From Camelus ferus (lineage: Eukaryota): a stretch of DNA of 64,000 bases. Both the position numbers and the translations under genes were made by a program. The notes under the pieces were generated by a model, which did not search any database, was not told the DNA's origin, and saw only the letters and a program-made list of their open reading frames with translations. The stretch is from contig NC_045715.1 of NCBI RefSeq assembly GCF_009834535.1, positions 20,212,001 to 20,276,000 of the forward strand, in the 5' to 3' direction. Shown piece by piece: positions 26,401 through 38,900 of this stretch. How positions within the stretch are numbered: the first letter of the stretch is position 1; each line of letters opens with the position of its first letter.

Positions 26401-26982
26401 TTTCTCGGGAGAGCAGGGAGCCCTTAGTCAACCGAATTAAGAGCGGGAGAATCCGATCAGCTAGGTTCAAGGATGGAGCCCAGGGGTGGGGCATACGGAG
26501 CTGAACAGGCCAGAGAGGGGGAGCCTTGCTCCCCCTGAGCCCGCAAGGTGTGGAGCCTGGAGGGGCAGCCACTATAGTCAAACTTGCAGGCCTTGGTCCC
26601 GCTCCTAGGAGGGCGAGCAAGACGTTGGAGAAGAGGATCCCTGAGGCACAGAGGCCAGTTACAGTGCCAGGGGAGTGGTCAGGCCCCACCCTTCTCCTTA
26701 TGAGGAGGTGGTTAATGGAAGGTCAAGCCCTAACACATAAAGTCTCCACTCCTTCTTCCTGGCTGATGAGAAGTGGACCTTGGAGTACAATGGCCGAAAC
26801 TCAGAATTTAGGAAATGGAGCCGGGCCCAAGGAAGTAGAGGCTCAAGCAGGGGAAGGGATGTTTCCTTCAGTCCATGGATTTGGGCCTCTGGTCTGAAGC
26901 AGCCAGGGCCTGGATGCTAAGGGATTTGGAACTTGGAGGGGGAGAGGAAGTACTGGACTTGGAACTTCAGTACATCAGCTCC

Positions 26983-29419
26983 TCACTCGGCCTCCCCGTC
27001 CTGGGGCCGGGAGAGCAGGTGGAGTTTTCTTTGCAGCTGGGCCCGGAGGTAGCGGAGGTCTTGCTGGTCAAGTCCGTGAGCCAGGCCCAGGTAGAGGGTA
27101 AGGAGGAGAGCAAGGAGGAGCCGGTCAGTGCCCAGGGTAGGCACCACCCATAGCACTGTCAGCAGCTCTATGCACACTGGGTGGCGCAGGTGGGAGAAGA
27201 GTCTCAGGGCCCGGGGAGACTTCAGGGCCAGAGGCTCGCCCAGCCCCAGCACATGGTAGTACACCTAGGAGAGGGAGAACAGCTTAGAAGCGGAGTCAAG
27301 CCCTTGTCGCAACTTAGCTGCCTCTTTCCTCCCCTTCCAGCCACCCTCCTTCTTTAACTCAGGCCCAGGAACCACCCTTCTGAGACTTCGGCCCCTGACC
27401 CTTATCTCAGGTCCATGAACCTTCCCTAGACCCAGGTGGCCATGGTTTCTGGCCTTTGAGGGAGGGCTGAGGGGAGATGAAAGCAAGAGGCAGGTGGAAG
27501 AGTATGGCAGGAGGAGGGACATCCTTGGAAAGGAAAAAGGTGTTCTAGATAGGATCAGAAGTCTCAGGTAGGGATCTGGGAGCATCACCTGTTTGAGGCC
27601 CATGAGCTCTGCGTAGTCAAAGACGAGAAGGATGCTGAAGATGAGGAGCCAGGAAATGACGTGGAGCACAAAGCAGAGGAGGGGCACCCAGGTGGCCCAT
27701 GGCTCAGCCCGAGCTTCCCACAACACAGGGCCCCTGGGCACGGGCTCCCAGTACCGCATCACCAGCTGAAGAAGGATGAGGGGCTGAGTATCCCAGCAGC
27801 CCATCCTCTTGAGAGACCTAGACCCAGAGGCTGCCCCCACCCCAGGCTGGCCTGCTGCTCTCCCCACCTCTACCATGAGCATATTCACCATGTGGAGGGT
27901 GCTGGGTGGGGTCCCAAGGATGTAAGGATGACCTGTCTCTAGTCTGAGGACTTACAGAATGGATGAGAAAAACCAGAAAGTTACACAAAGTAGCCTATGC
28001 CAAGCATCCCTCTGAGAAGACAGATGAATGCTAACTGAGAAGACTTCTCTTGAGACCTAGGGAAGTGGTTGTGAAGAAAGGATAGGGCTGAAGAGGCTTT
28101 AACAAGGGGACAGATCTTAAGCAGGACAACATGAACAAAGTTGCAAAGGTGAGAATGCACATATTATGCTCAGGGAATGACAAGCAGTACACCCTTCTTG
28201 AAAAAAAGTAGGGTCTGTGCTGTGGAGGAATGGAAGCTGAGATTACACTCCTGAATACCCTCGGTTCTCCTCCTAAACTCGAATTTAATCAGAAGCCTAA
28301 AGTCTTTGCCTTTCCAATCAACGGCATCCTTCCCACAGGCTGTTTCCCTTGGGGACTGAGCTGCCAGGGCTTCATACCTGCAAGGCCAAGGCAGTGCATG
28401 CCACATACAGTGACCTCTGAAGGACCCCAAAGTATCGGGACATCCATGCCTTCACTGTCTCAGTTGCCATGAGGCTGTGCTGCCCCACAAATAGTAGTAG
28501 GAGCCCCAGATCCCAAGCCAGGGGGACAAGGATGCTTTGGTCCTGAAGGGCAGCCAGCCATCCCTGGCGGGCATCTAGTGGGAGTTGGAGAAAGGGACAA
28601 AAGATCAAAACAATGGGAAGCACTCCCTACCCTTATCTCCCCTTGGTGCTCCAGGTTCTAGCCCTTAATGCTTTCAAGAGCCTTAAGGCTTCCTCTCTAG
28701 GCTTTGCTCACCTCACTTTTTTTTTGTTTTTTGTATTTTCCTTTAAAAAAATTTCTTTTTTGGCGGGAGGAGGTAATGGGGATTGAACCCAGGACCTCCT
28801 GCATGCTGAACATGAACAGTATTGCTTGAGCTATACCCTTCCCCCTCCACCTTATTTTCCTATTCCGTTTTTTCCCTCTTCCCAGGCCACCTTCAGAGCT
28901 GGGGGAGAGGATTCATGTTGGGTAGTCACGTAAGGCAGGGCTAGAGGGGCCACTATTGGATTGCCCCTCTTGTTTTGGTTCTCCAAATGCTCCCTCTTTT
29001 TAACACTCTCCTCTCCATAGTCCTCTCTACAAAGCACTTTCCTTAGAATACTCTGCTCATCGCCCTTTCCCTCCCCCACTCCTCACTCTACCGCCTCTCC
29101 AAACCGCTAATCCCTGAGTTCCTAATTTAGCCCTCTGGTCTTCCCTGAGGCTTCTCCGTGGCTTTCACGGTTCTAGTTCCCTCTCCTAGACTTCCCCTGT
29201 CATTTGTCTCTAAGCCCCGCCCTCGCTCCCTCTACTCCGGCTCCACCTCCCTACTCCAGAACTCATCCTCGGTCCCTCNNNNNNNNNNNNNNNNNNNNNN
29301 NNNNNNNNNNNNNNNNNNNNNNNNNNNNNNNNNNNNNNNNNNNNNNNNNNNNNNNNNNNNNNNNNNNNNNNNNNNNNNNNNNNNNNNNNNNNNNNNNNNN
29401 NNNNNNNNNNAGGGGCCAT
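26983..29419 (-). CDS. NRM: Nurim, nuclear envelope membrane protein, 262 aa
   Basis: ATG GCC CCT at 29419-29411. The rest of exon 1 (expected to end near 29287) lies in the N gap. Exons 28378-28574, 27589-27765 and 26983-27264 (...RPQDGEAE*) have GT-AG flanks and consistent phases. Minus-strand AATAAA at 26380-26385. Confidence 0.94.
28721..28845 (-). mobile_element. tRNA-derived SINE (camelid Vic-1-like)
   Basis: Minus strand reads GGGGAAGGGTATAGCTCAAG...GCATGCAGGAGGTCCTGGGTTCAATCCCC (A/B boxes), followed by an A-rich tail. Lies in NRM intron 1. Confidence 0.8.
29279..29410. other. Assembly gap, 132 N, covering most of NRM exon 1
   Basis: Run of N starting right after ATG GCC CCT on the minus strand. 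Confidence 0.99.
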
Positions 29420-29720
29420 GGCGAGAAACACAGGGGTGGGGAAAGGGGCGGGTTTGGGATTCCCGCGGCCGCAGGCCCCGCCCCGGCCGCGCCCCCCGCC
29501 TGGATCTCTGCCCCGTAGGGCGGGGCTCCTGCGCGCCGACGTCCGGGCTTCCGGCCTGCTGCGCGGGACTCTCTCACCAGGCTGTAGAGCACATTCTCGG
29601 GTGCTTGTCCCGAGCCTGCGATCTCCGCGTCACAGAAAGGAACGTTAGAATCCCAAGTGAGAGGTGAAAAGGGCAGCGGCTGTGCAGTCACTCACGTGGG
29701 TTGAATCGCAGTTCGGCTAG
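29411..29720 (-). promoter_or_regulatory. NRM promoter CpG cluster
   Basis: GC boxes, TTCCGG and CACGTG (29693-29698) upstream of the ATG. Confidence 0.65.
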
Positions 29721-29867
29721 TTTTCACATCTAAAATGAAGACAGTTTCTTGCAGGGTTCTTGCAGCAACACAGCATTGTGAACCCCCTTTCCTTTAACAG
29801 CCTTGACGAAAAAGCATCTAGTAAGAGGTTACAAAGCCTCAGTTAACACTTTAATAATAAACGGTGA

Positions 29868-30148
29868 AGACTACAAACTTGTGGTTGCCAAGGGGGCGGG
29901 GGTGGGAAGGGACAGACTGGGATTTCAAAATCTGTAGATAGTGACAGGCATGTGCAGCATAGATAAACAAGATTATACTGTATAGCACAGGGAAATATAT
30001 ACAAGATCTTGTGATAGCTCACAGCGAAAAAAAAATCTGACAATGAATATATGTATGTTGGTGTATAACTGAAAAATTGTGCTCTACACTGGAATTTGAC
30101 ACAACATTGTAAAATGACTATAACTCAATAAAAAAAAAGTTTAAAAAG
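29868..30148 (+). mobile_element. 5'-truncated lineage-specific L1, 3'UTR only
   Basis: L1 3' end (TATACTGTATAGCACAGGGAAATATATACAAGATC...CTCAATAAAAAAAA). 15-bp TSD AATAATAAACG[G/A]TGA at 29853-29867 and 30149-30163. Confidence 0.85.
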
Positions 30149-31418
30149 AATAATAAACGATGAGAGAACCTGACCCTAACCCTAACCCTGTTGACCTAGG
30201 CTGAAAAACTCAAAGCTCTGAATCACCTATTACATCTTGTTAGATTAAAAAGAGTTAATGACTCTTATGCCACAAATTAATGCTTATTCTGTAATTTATT
30301 ATAAAGTTGAGTTGTTGCCTCTCCATTTGCTAAGGGCAGAGAACTTACCTGTAACACCAAAAGATTTGTTCCTATAATGCCAAAGGCTGTTGATTTGTAA
30401 CCATGAGACTAACAATATATTAAAGTATTTGTGATAGAAAATTTTATAATTGTAAACTTTGTAGTAGGTTAATTTTATCCAAGCTTGTGATAATTAACTA
30501 CCTATGACTTTAGTCTTCAACCTCATTAGTTTGACTCCACTTATTAGTCAGAAACCACTAACATCTTTTGTCTGAAAATTTTTCCTACAGCCCTGTTCGT
30601 AATACAGACTAACATCTAAAAATCAAAATAAAAGTAAGGTTTTTCTCCATCAGAATTAAAGATCATGTAGCTAAAGATCTAGTCACAGTAGCTATGACCA
30701 TAGTAGGGACCTTAGACATAGTTAGGCTGATTTCCTCAGCTAATAGATAGAAGAAATATAGTCCTAAAGAGGTCAAGAAAATTTCCCAAGATAAGGAGCT
30801 GCTGGTCCTGCAGGCTCAGGGACCACAAAATTACCAAACAGCATCCCATAGGCTCTACATTCCTTTTCCTCGCTCCCAGAGGCTCAGTACTCCCATTGTC
30901 CTCAGAATTAACATTGTTGTACATTGTACCAAACATCATGTTTTCCCTCCTGATTCACTCTCCATCCTTTCTGCCTCAGGAAGTTTACCCGAATGGGCTG
31001 CATCAATGAAAATCACAGCATTTGAGGGAACCCTTTATACATAACTGTTTCCTCCTCTCAACCTTTTGGGTTTAGAGGTGGTCACAAAAGAGCTGTGGCT
31101 ACTAGGGTGCTGCAAGATTCTTTGTGATTTCTGTACACTCTGCCTACTTCTCATTTTTACTTTATTAAACTCTCCCCAAATTATCCTAATTTGACTGTGC
31201 CATCATTTCCTGTTAGGATCCTGACTGATAAGAGACATTTATTACACAATGTGCTACGAGCTGTAGGATTTGTTGGAAGTGTAAGAAAAGATCTCTATTC
31301 TCTAGAAACTTAAATTGGAGCCAGTTTAAATTTAAACTGGTATCCCTCATGAAGTAGGCATGCACATGCATGCAAAGTGGGGCTGGAGAGACAGCAGGTG
31401 CTATAAAGAATCCAGTGG

Positions 31419-31470
31419 AGGGGGGTGGATATAGCTCAGTGATAGAGAGCATGCCTATCATGCACATGGT
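31419..31470 (+). mobile_element. 3'-truncated tRNA-derived SINE
   Basis: GGGGGTGGATATAGCTCAGTGATAGAGAGCATGCCTATCATGCAC is the same head as the other copies. No B box or tail. Confidence 0.65.
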
Positions 31471-31699
31471 CTCCAATGGACCTCAAGGACATGGGACATG
31501 GACAGTATGAGGCTTTGAGTTGAGCAAGGGGACTAATATTTGGGTCCTACCATGTGCCATACTCACAATGGCTGTGCTTAATGAGACTAGGTGTGTTTAA
31601 AAGCCAGCAGTGTTTGGCAAAGCTCATGCTATTTCTACTACACCAATGTTTTCCAAACTTAAGTATAAGTTACCTACAGTAAAGTACACAAAACTAATC

Positions 31700-32350
31700 A
31701 ATATTTTTTTAAATTGAAGTGAAATTCACGTAACATGAAACGAACCCATTCATAATGTGTGCAAGTACCACCTCTATCCAGTTCCAAAGCATTTTCTCTT
31801 CACCCCAAAATAAAACCCTCTATCCCTTAAGCAGTCACTCCGCATTTTCCCTCCCCCACTGCCCCACTGCCCCTGGCAACTACCAATCTACTCTGTCTTT
31901 ATGGATTTACCTATTCTGGGTAGTTCCTATAAGTGGAAGCATACAATGTGACCTTTTTCATCTGGCTTTTCACTTAGCATAACACTTTTGAGGTTCATCC
32001 TCAAAACACTGCAGCACAAATAGTACTTCATCCCCTTTTATGTCTGAATAATATTCCATCATATAGCTATGCCACAATTTATCCATTCATCTAGTGATAA
32101 ACGTTTGTGTTGCTTCCATCTTTCCACTCTTATGAAAGTATTGATATGAACATTCGTCTACAAGTATTTCAACATCTGTTTTAACTTTTGGGTATACACC
32201 TATGAGCATATAGAATTGCTGAGTCACATGGTAATTCTATGTTTAACTTTTTGAGAAACGGTCAAACTGCTTCCCACAGCAGATGAACCATTTTACATTC
32301 CCAACAGCAATGTATCTGGGTTCCAATTTCCCTACATCCTTGTAATCAAC
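31700..32350 (-). mobile_element. L1MB-type 3' fragment
   Basis: CCCTGGCAACTACCAATCTACT...CACTTAGCATAA...GAGGTTCATCC...GTCACATGGTAATTCTATGTTTAAC, characteristic of antisense L1M 3' ends. Confidence 0.7.
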
Positions 32351-32992
32351 CAACTTTTAAAATTTACAAAATAAAATTTCACTATACCATAAGGCACAGA
32401 GTGAATATTTATTTATCACAGAGGTTAAGCCCAAGCTCTAACTTTATAAATCCTGGGAAAGCAGGCCAAAAGAAAAGACAAAGTGCAGAGATTTGCTCAG
32501 TGTCAAAGCTAAAGGGCACTTCTAACCAGATGGGGCAAGGAGAGAGGAAAATATTTTAGTAGTGTTTGATAACTCCACCATGAAATTTACTCATTCCAAG
32601 CATCCCTTTAAGTTCCTGACACTAAAATTATTCCCACTATCTTCTGCAGGGTATGTGTATGAATACCAGTAAGAAAAGAAGAGAAATAAATGGCTTCCAA
32701 ACAGGAGGCAGGATACTGTGCGTGTCATAGAGCAGTAAGTACATCAGTACAGCTAAACAGGAGCAGCCACTTAAGATATCTGAGCATGGCACTGGCCTCA
32801 TTTAAGAAAATCTGTGGCTCCTAATCTCTCTATCTTTCTTTATCCATAAGCTTTTTCAGCCCCACCCATGTTCGGAGACAAATCAGATCAGTACACTCCA
32901 ATCTTTTCTAAAGCCCTAAGTTCTCTCTTCCAAATATTTTTAACACCTTATTTGGTGGTCTGGAAGGGACAAGGGTACTTGGGGCAGAGGTT

Positions 32993-35900
32993 TCAGATGG
33001 ATGACATTTTCAAAGTGGAGAGGACAAAGGCCTCTGGCTTGGCTTCCTGCTTCAGTACTCCTGTCAGCAGGAACTCAGGTGAGAGGATGGGCAGCCCAAC
33101 CCGAAATGGAATGGAACATCGAGGAAAGTCCTTGGAGCATGTGATCACCACTCTCTGAGGCTGGAGAGAGACAAAGAGTGAAAACAGAAAGTCAGGAGTG
33201 AAAAAGAACCCTAGAAATAGGTTTAGGCCCACTCGTCTGTCTTAGCAGCACTAAAAGAGGACCTCCTGGTATGAAGTCATATGAAGCACACGATCTATGA
33301 AGAACTCTTAGCAGAAAAGTTGAACTTGAACTTGTTCAAGCTTTTAAAGCTAACTACCATTTACAGGGAATACAGAAGACAGAAGAAGAAGAAGAAAATA
33401 AATGATACAACAAGAGAGCAAATAGAAAAATCCAGACTATGGAACATCCTAAAGGACAACTGACCTAGTTTCCGCAGGAAATCAAAGGCATCAAAAAAGG
33501 CTGGGTGCGTTGGAGGGATGCTCTAGAGTAAAAGCCAATCAAGAGATACAACAATTGTGACAATATATGGACCTTGTGTGAATCCTGACTTGAACTGTAA
33601 AAAGACATTTTCAGACACCTGGAGAAATCTGATTAATGTGGTATGACAAAGTGACCAAGAAACAATTGTTACTTTTGTTATTGACCAATAATGGCACTGT
33701 GATTATGTCAGAGAATGTACATATTTCCTAGAGATGTATATTTTAAGTATGTAGAAGGAAATAATATGATGTTTGCACTTTCCTTTAAAATACTTCAGCA
33801 ACAAAAATGAAAGAAGAAGAAAAAAAAGGATACATAGAGCAAATGTAGCCAAATCTAAATTAACCTGTCGAATCTAAGTGATTGGTGTACGGAGGTTTGC
33901 TGCCTTATTCCCCCTCCCTTTGTGTATCCTTGAAAAAAAATTTAAATACAAAATAAAAGATAAGTCCATTTGGCATCAGCAGACTTCTTTCCTCTTTTCT
34001 ATCCTTCTGTCCCATAGGTCTTCCCCCACCCTCTGGCTACATTGTGTCCATCTGTACCTCCATTCTTCCTCCAACCTGTTCCCATTCCAGCCCCTCTAAC
34101 AGCCACCTCACCACATCTGAACACCCCACCCCTACCTTATAGGACCGGGGCATGCTGGGTAGGAAGGTGCCTCCACAGCAGCTGATGATCTCGCCCATCT
34201 GCAGGGGTGGTGGCTGGACTCCTGGGGTCACGTGAATCTCATAGCCCTAGAGGAAGACAATGGTGGAGACAGCAGATGATACGAGAGGCTGGGGAGCCTT
34301 GGGAAATGTCTGGATGGAGGGCTGAAGCATGGGGTAGAAGACAGCCTCTCACCTCCAGCAGCCTGCGCTCCCGAGCTCGGCTCAGGGCCTCCCGGAGGCT
34401 GAAGCCAAAGTTCTTCTCCTGCTCGGGATCAGTCACCACATACTCATCCGGGGGCAAGAAGCAACCTGCCTTGCGGGACTAAGGACAGAACAGTCAGCAT
34501 CAAAGCTCAGCCTGGCTCATCACCCAGCTCTTCTGTCTAGCATTTACAGGGCGCTCACGAAATGTCTTTTGAATTAAACCTCACTAACCTCATCTTCCTG
34601 TACGCACACTCCTCCCACTGCTTTCTAGAGCCCTATGTGAGCAGTCTTCTCCGGTCACTATCTCTATGGGTGGGTCCATCATCATCTCCTGGCCTCTCAC
34701 CTGGTGCAGCCAGTCCAGGGAGAGGATGGGGATGCCCCGCCCCAAGGCACACAGGAACTTAACAGTCCGACGGATCCGATCAGTCACCAGGTGGGAAGCC
34801 TCAGCCACTGAGCTGGCCAGACTGCCCCCCAGGGCCAGCACTGCCCGCTGTCCACGAGCATCCACCACTCCTGTGAAGAGCACCTGTGAAGTGGGTCAGC
34901 CTGAGCAGGTCACAGCAACCAGTGTCATCAGTGCCCATCTCCCAAATCCCCTCGGTCTCCTCCCACCCTCCATCTCCCATGAAGCCTCAGGGCCCCGGTC
35001 TCCTACTTTGGGGGCTGTGGGCTCTTGGTTAGATTTGGTCTGTCGGAGGCTGCGGCTCTGTGTTCCTGGGGGCTCCTCCTCCGCCTGGCCTCTCTTTCTC
35101 TTGACTGCTCCTGGCATCACTACATCCTGGGATTGAGAGGGAACTTGGTGGGAGTTTCTGAGCCCCCAAGCCCTTTCCTAGCATCGTGGCCCCTGCCCTC
35201 TCCTCACCTCTTCCTTGCCCGGCCTTGTTGCAGTATTTTCTTCTTCTGTGAAGAATGCCGTTTTCTGGGGCACTTCTCCCCTTTGGAGCCGTTTTTGAAG
35301 TGGGGGTGAATCCGAAGTAGCTAAAGGCCTCTTGCGGTTTTGAGAGGCCTTAGGCTGAGGCTCTGGGGTGAAGCCAGATCTACCTGCTGCCTCCCCCTTT
35401 TGGATCTGGGGAGCATGAGGGGGCACCTCAGGAAGCTGGGCAAAGGTAGGCTCAGGAATGGTGCTAACGGACTCAGCTGCTCTCCCTGCTCCTCGTCTTT
35501 GGTTCCTCGAGGACCGGGAGTTAGGTTCAGGGGGTGTAGTGCAGGGCTCATGAACAGTGGGAGCTGGGAGAGACCCATGCTTCCTGGTGGCCCTCGGCCT
35601 CCTGCTGCAATTGGCTTGAGGGATAGGCTTAGGGGGAATGGGCTGTTCTGTGGGTTCAGGAGACTGGAATTCAGGGGTGGTAGAAACTGGCACAGCACTT
35701 ACTGTAGAAGACCTTAGTGTCCTGCTCTGACCACTCTGAGCTATTACCTTGGGGGTGACAGGCTGGTCTATGAGGGAGGGAGGTTCGAGGTCATGGGCTG
35801 TGGGTTCAACTGGTTGGGATGTCTTGACAGAGGACCTACGTATCCTGCCCCGAGTGGCCTGAGATGGAGGCTCGGGGGTGAGACACTGGTCTTTAGAGGT

Positions 35901-38900
35901 GGAAGGCTGGGGCTCAGAGGTTGTGGGAACAACTGGTTCAGGGGTCTTGACAGAAGACCTACATGTCCTGCTCTGAGTGGCCCCAGATGTGGGCTCAGGG
36001 GCAACAGGCTGGTCTGTGGGGACAGAATGCTGGAGCTCAGGGACTGTGGGGACAAGTGGTTCAGGAGTCTTGGCAGAAGACCTGTGTGTCCTGCCTCGAC
36101 TGGCTCGAGATGTGGGTTTGGGGGTGACAGGCTGGTCTGTGGAAGTGGAAGGCTGGGGCTCAGAAGCTGTGGGGACAACTGGTTCAGGGGTTTTGACAGA
36201 AGACCTGTGTATCCTGCCCCGAGTAGCCCTAGATGTGAGCTCAGGGGTAACAGGCTGGTCTGTGGGGGCAGAAGGCTGGGGCTCGAGGGCTATGGGGACA
36301 ACTGGTTCAGGGGTTTTGACAGAGAACCTATGTGTCCTGCCCCGAGTAGCCCTAGATATGAGCTCAGGGATGACAGGCTGGTCTGTGGGGGTGGAAGGCT
36401 GAGGTTCAGGTGTTGTGGGAACAACTGATTCAGAAGTCTTGACAGAAGAACAACGTGTCCTGCCTCGACCGGCCCGAGATGTGGATTTGGGGGTGACAAG
36501 CTGGTCTGCGGAAGTAGAAGGCTGGGGCTCAGCGGCTGTGGGGACAACTGGGTCAGAGGTCTTGACAGAAGTCCTGTGTGCCCTGCCCCGAGTGGCCGCA
36601 GATGTGAGCTCAGGGGCAACAGGTTGGTCTGCGGGGGTGGAAGCCTGGAGTTCAGGGGTTATGGGGACAACTGGTTCAGAAGTCTTGACAGAGGACCTAT
36701 GTGTCCTGCCCCGAGTGGCCCGAAGTGTGGGCTTAAGGGTGACAGACTGGTCTGTGGAGGTGGAAGGCTGGAGTTCAGGGGCTGTGGGGACAACTGATAC
36801 AGGGGTCATTTCCAAGGACCTCTGTGTCCTGCTCCGAGTGACCCTAGATGTGGGCTCAGCCCTGACAGGCTGGTCTGTGGGAGTGGTAGAATGGGGCTCA
36901 CAGGGTAGAGAAGAAACTGGAGAGGACCCCTGGGGCCTGATTTTGGGGTTTGGGTAGGGAGGGTCCAGCTCTGAGGAAAGGGGAGTCTCTAGTGCTTCCT
37001 GACCCTCATTCTGCCTGGTCCTGGGAATGGGCAGTTCTAAAGGAGGAGGAGAGGGAGAAGGGAGAGACTGAGGTGCAGGAGGCTTTTGGCTCTGAGAGAT
37101 GAGGGGGCTGTGGAGAAAGGCTGAGGCTTCATGCACTTCAGGAGGCAAACAAGCTTCTGGGGACTCCTGATCACCCTGGGGAGAAACAGAAGCCAGTGAG
37201 GGAGGAAAAGGCAGAAAGAAGAGAGAAAGGACTTGGATACTATTCTTTTTATTTATTTATTTTTATGGAGGTACTGGAGAGAGAATCCAGGACCTCGTGC
37301 ATGCTAAGCACGCATTCTACCACTCAGGTCTACCCTCCCCACCCCCGATCCTATTCCTGATACTTGTTTCCGGTTAGAGGGTGCTCAGTGGCATTTTTCT
37401 TTCTGTCTGGGACCCCTCCTCCATTAGACCAGGGACTTCCTGAGGAGGAAGCAGCCCTCTTTCCTGAAGACATCTCCCCAGGATGCCAGTATAGTGTTCT
37501 CTGAGTATGAATGATGGTAATAAAGAAGACAGTTGGGAGAAAGAGGGAAGAGACCTGAAGACAGGAACTTTCTTTTTGAGTCAGGTAGAGGGAGACAGAA
37601 CTTGGGAAACAGATATTGAGAACAACAGGTGTCAAGGTAAACAGATAGAAATCAACTAAGGAGCAGTGAAAATGGAAGGAAAGTGAGAATGGGGGGAAAG
37701 GGTGGATGAAAGCAAGGTCAGGGAAGGAGCAGTGGAGGGGATAGTGAGATGACTTATGGGGTGGGGTGGGGGTAGACAAAGCAGTTCTCACCCTGGAAGC
37801 TTTCTCAGCAGGTGGCATCTTGCAGTTCAACTGGCCTAGACAAAGGTAAAGACACGCAGCTGAAGTCTCAGCAGTCAGTCACTCAGGGGCTGATTATCAT
37901 GAGGACTGTGAGCCACCTTGGCTCCCCTCTACCTTCACTTACCTCTCTGCTGCCTCCTGGGGCTCACTGGGGCTCCCCTTCCTCCACCTGACTGGCTCCC
38001 AGAAGCTACTGGTGCTGAAGCAAGTCCCTGAAGGTCTCCCAACCCCACTCCAGGTTCTGGTGTCAGACTGGAGGCCTGGCCTTTCTGGTCCTGGCCCCCC
38101 TTCTCTGCCTCCCATCTTTGTGGGTTTCTCTCCAGTATCACTTTGAGTACCTTTACTTCTAACCCACCTGCCTCATGTTCTCTCTCTGACCCTTCTTTCT
38201 CTGCTTCTCTTTCATTTATTTCTCTTGCAAGAGTTTGCTGCTCTGCCTCTTTCTCTTGTATTTCCTTGTGTGTCTCAATTTCTACCTTCAAACTCTTCCT
38301 ATCCCTTTCGGTACTTGCACTTTTCACTTTGTTGTCAGACTCTTGTCTCTGAGCATCTCTAGATAACACCTGTTTTTGTTCTCTGTCCTGTATCCCCCTG
38401 GTTAATTCTTCCTCTCCCACTGCATCTTCCCTCTCTCCCTCTGATGGCAGTTCCTTGGTTTCCCTCTCCAATGGCCCTGTCTCAGGGGTCACCCTCTCTG
38501 CTGTTTCTCTTGGTGTACCCATGTCTTTCTCCACAGTCTGCATCCCTCTGCCCTGCATCCCCAGTGGGCTCTCTGGATGTTGCTCTGGCAGTGCTGCCCC
38601 AGGTGGAGAAGGACAAGATCTATGGGCCTCAAGGTGGGTGGCAATGGGCTGGGTCACAGAAGCCTCAGACTCTCTTGGACAGAATGGCTGTGTAGCCAAG
38701 ACCTCCCATGGCTCATCCAGGGCACCTGGAAGCAGATTCAGAGAGAGAGAGGGATGTAGGTTGAAAAGGTGGTAGCTTGAGAAGAGATTAAGATAAATTC
38801 ATGCATAATACATTTAAATGGGTTAGTAAAGGAAAGCTGGAATAAGGAAGATAATCAACATTTAATGTTTGTCTCAAAAAGTGACACCATACCTTCATGT

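Noticed and set aside
30174-30189. Interstitial telomeric repeat (CCCTAA)n
   Set aside because: Only about 2.7 units, which can arise by chance. Too short to call.
35676-36902. CRISPR-like or non-coding repeat array
   Set aside because: Contiguous in-frame coding units without spacers, in a mammalian gene.
35321-36957. Several long overlapping ORFs with periodic sequence (e.g. 35793-36428 +, 35977-36402 +, 36415-36957 +)
   Set aside because: Shadow frames of the 123-bp MDC1 PST repeat. No independent gene evidence.
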